Shown piece after piece: positions 25,739 to 32,899 of a stretch of DNA of 32,899 nt. Made by a program: the position numbers and the translations under genes. The stretch spans positions 1 through 32,899 of IMG/VR virus record IMGVR_UViG_3300045999_005752; one strand, 5' to 3'. Source of the DNA: a virus (lineage: Duplodnaviria; Caudoviricetes). Under the pieces are notes generated by a model, which saw only the letters and a program-made list of their open reading frames with translations, made no database searches and had not been told where the DNA came from. Positions within the stretch are counted from its first letter, which is position 1. Every line of letters begins with the position of its first letter.

Positions 25739-25969
25739 TTGAAAAAACTTTTGTCGATGATGGATCCGGAGTTTTTGTTTGCTGATGGTTTTGATGAGTG
25801 CATCATTGGGATGAGCTTTAGGGATGATGAGCTGGTGGTGTTGTACAGCAGCGACAAGGTGATAGAGAAGCTGTCAGAAGAGATGACAGAAGAAGAAGCG
25901 ATTGAGTTCTTTGAATTTAATGTGGCTGGGGCTTATGTAGGACCGAAGACTCCAGTGTTTTTTCCTTGA
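25739..25969 (+). CDS. Conserved phage hypothetical protein
   Basis: ADGFDECIIG..YS..MTEEEAIEFFEFNVAGAYVGPKTP. Confidence 0.75.
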   Translation: MKKLLSMMDPEFLFADGFDECIIGMSFRDDELVVLYSSDKVIEKLSEEMTEEEAIEFFEFNVAGAYVGPKTPVFFP

Positions 25970-25976
25970 GTAGACA

Positions 25977-26207
25977 ATGACACCTAAACAGAAGTTAGTC
26001 TTGGACTTTGTCCAGACGTATATAAAGATCAAAGGGTTCTCGCCTTCCTATGCTGACATTGCGCAAGGGTTGAGTTTGAAAAGTAAATCCAACATCCACC
26101 GGCTTGTGCATGAGCTGCGCAAAGAAGGATTGCTGGACATCCGCCCCCATCTTATTCGGTCAATGACTTTAGTGGATAAGTCGGTTCAGCATATCGAGAA
26201 GCTATGA
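25977..26207 (+). CDS. LexA-like N-terminal DNA-binding (wHTH) protein lacking the peptidase domain
   Basis: MTPKQ..LDF..GFSPSY.DIA.GL.LKSKSNIHRLV..L..EG. Confidence 0.85.
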   Translation: MTPKQKLVLDFVQTYIKIKGFSPSYADIAQGLSLKSKSNIHRLVHELRKEGLLDIRPHLIRSMTLVDKSVQHIEKL

Positions 26208-27706
26208 GCTTACTGACCTCCGATGAGGTAAAGCGGTATTTAAAGCTTCTAGATGTTTTGCCTGCCAACTCGCCTGAAATAGCAAAGATCCATCAGCTAT
26301 TGCGAGCGGATAAAGTAGAACGGTGCAGAGATGGCTTTATGCCCTTTGTCACCAACATGTGGTCTGCCTTCATTGCTGGACGGCATCATAAGATCATGGC
26401 TGATGCCTTTGAACGCGTTGCTAACGGAGAATTGAAAAGGCTAATCATCAACATGCCTCCGCGCCATACAAAGTCGGAGTTTGCCTCTTATCTGTTTCCA
26501 GCTTGGTTCTTGGGTAAGTATCCTGAAAAGAAGATCATCCAAACTGCCCACACCGCAGAGCTGGCTACCGGTTTTGGTCGTAAGGTTCGAAACCTTGTAA
26601 ACAGTCCTGATTATCAAGAAGTCTTTAAGACCAAGCTTTCAAGTGATTCGAAGGCTGCTGGTCGCTGGAATACCAGTAAAGGCGGCGACTACTTTGCTAT
26701 CGGTGTAGGAGGAGCTGTAACAGGTAAAGGCGCGGACATCCTGATTATTGATGACCCGCATTCCGAACAAGAAGCCATGCAAGGCAATCCAGAGGTCTAT
26801 GACCGGGTGTATGAATGGTATTCCTCCGGTCCTCGTCAGCGTTTGCAGCCGGGCGGATCTATCATTATTGTGATGACCCGCTGGTCCAAAAGAGACCTGA
26901 CCGGACAGATCCTGCAGAACTCCATTAAAAGAGAAGGAGATGAGTGGGAAGTCATTGAGTTTCCAGCCCTTTTACCTTCTGGCAACCCGCTCTGGGAAGA
27001 GTTCTGGTCTAAGAAAGAACTCGAAGCCATCAAGGCTGAAATTCCAGTTGGTAAGTGGGAAGCCCAGTATCAGCAGAATCCAACCTCCGAAGAAGGCGCA
27101 ATCATCAAGCGCGAAATGTGGAAGATCTGGCATAAAGACCATCCTCCTGCCTGTGAATACCTGATCCAAAGCTGGGATACCGCCTTTGAAAAGAACAGTC
27201 GGGCCGATTATTCAGCCTGCACAACTTGGGGTGTCTTTCATCTTCCTGATGATACCGGCACGGATGTTGTCAACATTATCCTGTTAGATGCGTTTAAAGC
27301 CCGCATGGAGTTTCCGGAACTAAAGAAAAAAGCCTATGAGCTGTACAAGGAATGGAACCCTGATTCGTTAATTATTGAAAAGAAAGCAGCCGGTGCGCCG
27401 CTTATTTACGAACTCAGGCAGATTGGTATTCCTTTATCGGAGTACACACCGAACAAGGGTTCTGATAAGATAGCCCGTGTAAACGCTATATCTGATTTGT
27501 TTGCATCAGGGTATGTATGGTGTCCAGATACAAGATGGGCTGAAGAGGTCATGGAAGAATGCGCCTCGTTTCCAAACGGCGAGCATGATGACATTGTTGA
27601 CTCTACCAGTCAGGCGTTATTAAGATTTCGACAGGGTGGGTTTCTTAGACTTTCGTCAGACGAAGATGATGAACCCGTTATTAAACGCAAGGCTGCGTAT
27701 TACTGA
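26204..27706 (+). CDS. terL: Terminase large subunit
   Basis: NMPPRHTKS, LIIDDPH, MTRW, YQQNP, QSWDTA, FPNGEHDDIVDS. Confidence 0.95.
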   Translation: MSLLTSDEVKRYLKLLDVLPANSPEIAKIHQLLRADKVERCRDGFMPFVTNMWSAFIAGRHHKIMADAFERVANGELKRLIINMPPRHTKSEFASYLFPAWFLGKYPEKKIIQTAHTAELATGFGRKVRNLVNSPDYQEVFKTKLSSDSKAAGRWNTSKGGDYFAIGVGGAVTGKGADILIIDDPHSEQEAMQGNPEVYDRVYEWYSSGPRQRLQPGGSIIIVMTRWSKRDLTGQILQNSIKREGDEWEVIEFPALLPSGNPLWEEFWSKKELEAIKAEIPVGKWEAQYQQNPTSEEGAIIKREMWKIWHKDHPPACEYLIQSWDTAFEKNSRADYSACTTWGVFHLPDDTGTDVVNIILLDAFKARMEFPELKKKAYELYKEWNPDSLIIEKKAAGAPLIYELRQIGIPLSEYTPNKGSDKIARVNAISDLFASGYVWCPDTRWAEEVMEECASFPNGEHDDIVDSTSQALLRFRQGGFLRLSSDEDDEPVIKRKAAYY

Positions 27707-27714
27707 GACACAAC

Positions 27715-30207
27715 ATGGCTATTGAAAAATCACTCTACCAAGCACCAATGGGTTTAGATCAACTTGATCCAGCTATTCAGATTGAGATTGAAAACCCCGA
27801 CTCCGTATCTATTGAGATGGACGGAATAGAAATTGAAATAGTTCCTGATGGTGACGATGAGTTTTCTGCAAACCTAGCAGAAGAGATGAGCGAGTCAGCC
27901 CTACAAACACTTGCGTCAGACTTGGTTGATGATTTTGAATCTGACGTTGCTTCGCGTAAAGACTGGATCCAAACCTATGTAGATGGTCTTGAACTGCTAG
28001 GCTTGAAGATAGAAGAAAGAACCGAGCCTTGGGAAGGGGCCTGCGGTGTTTATCACCCGCTATTGGCAGAAGCCTTGGTTAAGTTCCAAGCTGAAAGCGT
28101 GATGTCGATATTCCCTGCCGAAGGTCCTGTGATGACCAAGATCATCGGCAAAGAAACGCAAGAGATGAAAGACTCTGCCATGCGTGTTCGACAGGACATG
28201 AACTACGAGCTGACAGAAAAGATGCCTGAGTACCGCCCAGAAACAGAGCGGACAATGTGGGGTCTGGGTCTTGCTGGTAACGCCTTTAAGAAGGTCTACG
28301 AAGATCCTAACCTAGGCCGTCAAGTAGCTTTGTTTATTCCTGCTGAAGACGTAGTGGTGCCTTACGGCGCAAGCAGTCTTGAGTCAGCAGAGCGTATCAC
28401 ACATGTGATGCGTAAGACAGAGAACGAACTACGCAAGCTTCAAGTTGCTGGTTTCTATCGCGACGTTGACTTAGGCGATCCAGTTAATGTGCTGGATGAA
28501 GTAGAAAAGAAAATTGCTGAGAAGCTTGGGTTTCGAGCCACAGCAGATGACCGATACAAGCTTCTTGAGATGCATGTTAACTACGACATGCCCGGCTTTG
28601 AGCATGAAGACAAAGACGGCAACCAGACAGGCATTGCTCTTCCTTATGTTGTCACCATTGAAAAAGGTACAAACAAGGTTCTGGCTATTCGTCGCAACTG
28701 GAAGCCCGATGACAAGAAGCAATTAAAGCGTCAGCACTTTGTCCACTACGGATATATCCCCGGCTTTGGTTTCTATTGCTTTGGTTTGATTCACCTGATC
28801 GGTGCTTATGCCAAGTCAGGCACATCGTTGATTCGTCAGCTTGTTGATGCTGGCACATTGTCTAACTTGCCCGGCGGATTCAAAACACGTGGCATGCGCG
28901 TTAAGGGTGACGATACACCTATCGCCCCCGGTGAGTTCCGCGACGTTGATGTAGCAAGCGGTGCATTGAAAGACAACATCTTGCCTTTGCCATACAAAGA
29001 ACCAAGCCAAGTCCTGATTGGTTTGATGAACCAAATCATTGAAGACGGTCGTCGTTTTGCTAACACTGCAGACCTAAAGATTAGCGACATGTCGTCGCAA
29101 GCTCCCGTAGGTACAACGCTTGCTATCCTTGAGCGTACCTTGAAGGTGATGAGTGCAGTGCAAGCGCGTATCCATTACTCGCTTAAGCAAGAGTTGAAGC
29201 TGTTGAAAAACATCATGGCAGACAACGCCCCCGATGAATACAGCTACGAACCGCAAGAAGGAAGTAGAACAGCCCGCAAGTCCGACTACAAGAACGTAGA
29301 TGTTATTCCAGTCTCTGATCCAAATGCATCAACAATGGCTCAGAAGATTGTTCAATACCAAGCCGTTCTTCAATTAGCACAAGGCGCTCCACAGCTTTAT
29401 AACTTGCCGTTATTGCACCGTCAGATGTTGGAAGTGTTGGGCATTAAAGAAGCGCAAAAGCTTGTGCCAATGTCTGATGATCAAAAGCCTGAAGACCCTG
29501 TCACTGAAAACCAAAACATCTTGATGATGAAGCCCGTAAAAGCTTTTGCCTATCAAGACCATGAAGCGCATATTGCTGTTCACGCAGCAGCAGTGCAAGA
29601 CCCAAAGATTGCTTCGATGGTAGGACAGATGCCGCAAGCTCAAGCATTAATGTCTGCCATGCAAGCACACATTGCCGAACACATAGGTTTTGCCTATCGT
29701 GTAGACATTGAGAAACAACTTGGAATGAATCTGCCACCGCAGAAAGATGAGCATGGAGAAGAAGTGGATATTGACCCACAAGTCGAAGCCCGCTTAGCCC
29801 CGCTAATTGCCCAAGCAGCACAGCGTTTGTTGGCACAAAACCAACAGCAAGCCATGCAGCAACAAGCTCAGCAGCAAGCACAAGACCCAATGGTTCAAAT
29901 GCAACAGGCTGAACTGCAGATCAAGGCAGGTGAGCTTGACCGCAAGAAACAGAAAGACCAGACAGATGCGCAGCTTAAGACCGCTCAGCTTCAGATTGAA
30001 AAAGAACGTATCGACACACAGGCGCAGATTGAAGGCATTCGAATTGCGTCTAAGGCATCAATGGACAAGGAGTCGCTTGAGGCTCAGCAAATGTCAGAAG
30101 GATTGCGCGTTGGTATTGATGCGCAAAAGCATAAGCAGCAAATGGCTGAACGTATAGCCCAACATGTAGCAAGTATTCAATCAAAACCGACAAAAGGTGA
30201 AAGATGA
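27715..30207 (+). CDS. Portal protein with long Q-rich coiled-coil C-terminus
   Basis: 830 aa directly after TerL; EPWEGACGVYHP, FYCFGLIHLIG, PYKEPS motifs. Confidence 0.85.
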   Translation: MAIEKSLYQAPMGLDQLDPAIQIEIENPDSVSIEMDGIEIEIVPDGDDEFSANLAEEMSESALQTLASDLVDDFESDVASRKDWIQTYVDGLELLGLKIEERTEPWEGACGVYHPLLAEALVKFQAESVMSIFPAEGPVMTKIIGKETQEMKDSAMRVRQDMNYELTEKMPEYRPETERTMWGLGLAGNAFKKVYEDPNLGRQVALFIPAEDVVVPYGASSLESAERITHVMRKTENELRKLQVAGFYRDVDLGDPVNVLDEVEKKIAEKLGFRATADDRYKLLEMHVNYDMPGFEHEDKDGNQTGIALPYVVTIEKGTNKVLAIRRNWKPDDKKQLKRQHFVHYGYIPGFGFYCFGLIHLIGAYAKSGTSLIRQLVDAGTLSNLPGGFKTRGMRVKGDDTPIAPGEFRDVDVASGALKDNILPLPYKEPSQVLIGLMNQIIEDGRRFANTADLKISDMSSQAPVGTTLAILERTLKVMSAVQARIHYSLKQELKLLKNIMADNAPDEYSYEPQEGSRTARKSDYKNVDVIPVSDPNASTMAQKIVQYQAVLQLAQGAPQLYNLPLLHRQMLEVLGIKEAQKLVPMSDDQKPEDPVTENQNILMMKPVKAFAYQDHEAHIAVHAAAVQDPKIASMVGQMPQAQALMSAMQAHIAEHIGFAYRVDIEKQLGMNLPPQKDEHGEEVDIDPQVEARLAPLIAQAAQRLLAQNQQQAMQQQAQQQAQDPMVQMQQAELQIKAGELDRKKQKDQTDAQLKTAQLQIEKERIDTQAQIEGIRIASKASMDKESLEAQQMSEGLRVGIDAQKHKQQMAERIAQHVASIQSKPTKGER

Positions 30208-30392
30208 CAGCTATCGAACTGTTGATTCAGCAAATCGACGAGAAAGTTCAGCAACTCAAAGACCATCTGACAACAGGAAATGTTGACGATTTCAATGAGT
30301 ACAAACGACTTTGCGGGGAGGTGAGAGGTCTCCTCACTGCAAAGGGCTATACCCTAGACCTTAAACAACGCATGGAGTCCTCAGATGACTGA
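30204..30392 (+). CDS. Conserved hypothetical head-module protein
   Basis: L..G...F.EYK.LCGE.RGL. Confidence 0.7.
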   Translation: MTAIELLIQQIDEKVQQLKDHLTTGNVDDFNEYKRLCGEVRGLLTAKGYTLDLKQRMESSDD

Positions 30393-30801
30393 GATTTTAA
30401 TCGGCTCAAACCCCGATAACCCGCAAGTAGTAGGAATGTACCGCTCCGAGGCCACTGCCGAAGAGAAAGCGACGCAGTTACCACGCCCAAGCGGCTGGAA
30501 AATCCTTTGTGCCATCCCTGAGATTGAAAAAGAGTACGACAGCGGACTGGCAAAAGCCGACGAAACCCTCCGAATTGAAGAAATCCTGACCACTGTTCTG
30601 TTTGTGGTGGATCTTGGCCCTGATTGCTACGTGGACAAAACACGTTATCCAACAGGACCTTGGTGCAAGAAAGGTGACTTTGTATTGGTACGCCCAAATG
30701 CAGGTTCAAGATTGGTTATTCATGGACGAGAGTTCCGAATGATCAACGAAGACAGCGTTGAAGGCGTAGTTGATGACCCACGTGGCATTCGTCGCAAATA
30801 A
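30385..30801 (+). CDS. GroES-like co-chaperonin
   Basis: LPRPSGWKIL..VVDLGPDCY..PWCKKGDFV..FRMINEDSVEGVV. Confidence 0.8.
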   Translation: MTEILIGSNPDNPQVVGMYRSEATAEEKATQLPRPSGWKILCAIPEIEKEYDSGLAKADETLRIEEILTTVLFVVDLGPDCYVDKTRYPTGPWCKKGDFVLVRPNAGSRLVIHGREFRMINEDSVEGVVDDPRGIRRK

Positions 30802-30812
30802 GGAGCGTTTAA

Positions 30813-31754
30813 ATGGCTGATTTTGAAAAAAATGAATTCAAGTTTCCTGATGAGTTGCAGGAAAACAACAAAAAACAAGAATTAAGTTACGAAATTGAGG
30901 GTGAGGGTGACCTTAAGATTGAAATTGAAGACGATACACCCGCTGAAGACCGCAATCGTCAACCAATGCCCAAGGAAATAGTCGAAAAGCTTGAGCAAGA
31001 AGAGCTTGAAAGCTATTCCGACGATGTTCGACAGAAGTTTAAACAGCTTAAGAAGGTCTGGCACGACGAGCGACGGGCAAAAGAGGCTGCTTACCGCGAA
31101 CAGCAGGAAACATTGACCACTGCTCAACGCCTTTTGGAAGAAAACAAGCGTATTAAGGGCATGTTAAACAGCGGTCAAGAAGAATATATCGCTGCATTGA
31201 AGGATTCGAACGAGCTTAAGCTAGAAATGGCTAAAAAAGCGTACCGCGAAGCCTATGATTCTGGTGATACAGACAAGCTTTTGGATGCTCAAGAGCTTAT
31301 TACCAAGACCACAGTCCAAATGGACCGTGTAAATAACTTCAAAATGCCCCCTTTACAAGAGGAAAAGTTTGAAGTACAAACTCAGCAACAGACTCAGCGT
31401 CCTGATCAAAAGGCGATGGCGTGGCAAGAGCGCAATCCTTGGTTTGGTCAGGATGAAGAAATGACGGCTGCAGCATTAGGTTTGCATGAAAAACTTAAGC
31501 GTACCGGAGTTTCGGTTGGGTCTGATGAGTATTACTCCGTATTGGACAAGACAATCCGGAGGAGATTTTCAGAAAACTTTGGAGAACCAGAACCGGAGGT
31601 AACTCCGCGCAAAACCCCGACAGTTGTTGCACCAGCGACAAGATCGACATCTTCAAAAAAGATTCGTCTTAGCACCTCGCAAGTAAATACCATCAAAAAA
31701 CTTGGTATTACACCGGAACAATATGTACGTGAAGTTTTAAAACTGGAGAACTAA
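30813..31754 (+). CDS. Putative capsid scaffolding protein
   Basis: Acidic coiled-coil, W..RNPWFG, C-terminal KKLG.TPEQY; lies between portal and capsid genes. Confidence 0.7.
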   Translation: MADFEKNEFKFPDELQENNKKQELSYEIEGEGDLKIEIEDDTPAEDRNRQPMPKEIVEKLEQEELESYSDDVRQKFKQLKKVWHDERRAKEAAYREQQETLTTAQRLLEENKRIKGMLNSGQEEYIAALKDSNELKLEMAKKAYREAYDSGDTDKLLDAQELITKTTVQMDRVNNFKMPPLQEEKFEVQTQQQTQRPDQKAMAWQERNPWFGQDEEMTAAALGLHEKLKRTGVSVGSDEYYSVLDKTIRRRFSENFGEPEPEVTPRKTPTVVAPATRSTSSKKIRLSTSQVNTIKKLGITPEQYVREVLKLEN

Positions 31755-31755
31755 A

Positions 31756-32205
31756 ATGTCTGAAAACAAAATTCCTCGCGATATGCAAACACGTGAACTC
31801 ACAGAACGTCCAAAGCAGTGGACACCTGCGGAACTTCTCCCTGAGCCAGACAAACAGGCTGGTTTTGCTTATCGTTGGATTCGCGTTTCTATGCTTAACC
31901 AAGCTGACCCGCGTAACCTTTCTGCCAAACTCAGAGAAGGTTGGGAGCCTGTAACGCTAGGAGAGCAGCCAAAATTCCAACTGCTAGTCGACCCCAACAG
32001 TCGTTATAAAGACAATGTTGAGATCGGCGGGTTGTTGCTCTGCAAAACACCGTCTGAATTTGTTGGACAGCGTAATGAACATTACTCTAAACAAACGCAA
32101 GCTCAAACGGATGCCGTAGACAATAACTTAATGCGCCAAAGCGATGCGCGGATGCCGCTCTTTAAAGAGAGTAAGTCTGCAACGAGCTTTGGAAAAGGTT
32201 CTTAA
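31756..32205 (+). CDS. Conserved head-module protein
   Basis: YRWIR..REGWEPV..IGGLLLCK. Confidence 0.7.
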   Translation: MSENKIPRDMQTRELTERPKQWTPAELLPEPDKQAGFAYRWIRVSMLNQADPRNLSAKLREGWEPVTLGEQPKFQLLVDPNSRYKDNVEIGGLLLCKTPSEFVGQRNEHYSKQTQAQTDAVDNNLMRQSDARMPLFKESKSATSFGKGS

Positions 32206-32226
32206 ATTTAATCTTCGGAGCTAAAT

Positions 32227-32847
32227 ATGGCTTACCCTACTATCTCGAAGCCTTACGGCTTTAAGCCGATCAATCTGATCGGTGGTCAGGTGTTCGCCGG
32301 TGCTACTCGTAAGATGCGTATTGCTAGTGCATATGCAACTTCGATTGGTTACGGTGATCTACTTATTCGTGCAAGTGACGGTACTGTTGAGCGCTCGGCT
32401 GCTACAACTGCTAAACCCACTGGCGGCTTCGCTGGCGTGTTTCTTGGTTGTGAGTTAATCAATCCAAGTAACGGTCAATTGCAATTCCAACAAAATTTTG
32501 TTGGTGGCACAACAGTAACATCCGGTTACATCACAGCTTATGTTTGTGAAGATCCAGATGCGCTGTTCCAAGTTGCTGTTGTTTCTGGCACAACAGTTGT
32601 GACCGGTGTTCAGTATACGTCTGTTGGCAATAACGCCACCATCGTTAACAACACATCAATCACTGCTGCTGGCAATTCTCAAATTGCTTTGCTTGATTCG
32701 ACCGCTACAACCGACACATTGACAATTCGCATTGTTGACGTTGTTCCTGACACCGCTTATGTTTCTGGCGGCAACACGCTGTATCCTGAAGTGATCGTAA
32801 AGTTCAACTTCGGTATGCATGCATACGAAACCGCCGTCGGCGTATAA
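32227..32847 (+). CDS. Putative capsid decoration/minor head protein
   Basis: PYGFKP..GVFLGC..EDPDALF; beta-rich; immediately precedes MCP. Confidence 0.6.
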   Translation: MAYPTISKPYGFKPINLIGGQVFAGATRKMRIASAYATSIGYGDLLIRASDGTVERSAATTAKPTGGFAGVFLGCELINPSNGQLQFQQNFVGGTTVTSGYITAYVCEDPDALFQVAVVSGTTVVTGVQYTSVGNNATIVNNTSITAAGNSQIALLDSTATTDTLTIRIVDVVPDTAYVSGGNTLYPEVIVKFNFGMHAYETAVGV

Positions 32848-32858
32848 GGAGCTAAATC

Positions 32859-32899
32859 ATGGCTATTTCACGCGCACAACTATTGAAAGAGCTGCTCCC
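32859..32899 (+). CDS. Major capsid protein, N-terminal fragment (truncated by window)
   Basis: MAISRAQLLKELL after AAGGAG; position in the head module. Confidence 0.6.
   Translation, partial: MAISRAQLLKELL

Noticed and set aside
1-32899. tRNA genes, integrase, DNA/RNA polymerase, alternative genetic code
   Set aside because: None recognised; genes tile densely under the standard code with all three stop codons used.

Overview
A 32.9-kb piece of a tailed dsDNA phage genome, probably podovirus-like. The sigma70-type promoters and CTGT-N8-ACAG boxes suggest a proteobacterial host, but that is inference. From left to right: (i) the 3' ~6.3 kb of a giant polyvalent, probably ejected virion protein (HExxH metallopeptidase, Gp88-like Cys domain, ADP-ribosyltransferase-like domain, LPD38-like C-terminus); (ii) a leftward block of small accessory genes with a recombination module (Ref-like HNH, DUF3310, SSB-like, ERF, PD-(D/E)XK exonuclease); (iii) a rightward replication module (RusA, DUF1376/YdaU initiator, DnaB-like helicase, HNH); (iv) a leftward early operon (many small genes, SprT-like protease, CobS/CobT-like AAA+/VWA trio); (v) a ~900-bp divergent control region; (vi) the rightward head module (TerS, LexA-like HTH, TerL, portal, GroES-like, scaffold, start of major capsid). 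Main non-obvious signals: two type I hammerhead ribozymes flanking a 46-codon early gene, plus two RNase III-like hairpins at other junctions of the same transcript; the palindrome GTTTAAAC, hand-counted 28 times against ~0.5 expected, including in the spacers of both divergent promoters; a DnaA-box cluster and SOS boxes around terS; a structured attenuator-like leader on the replication gene; and an unannotated secreted 6-Cys peptide. All calls are by eye; no searches were run.
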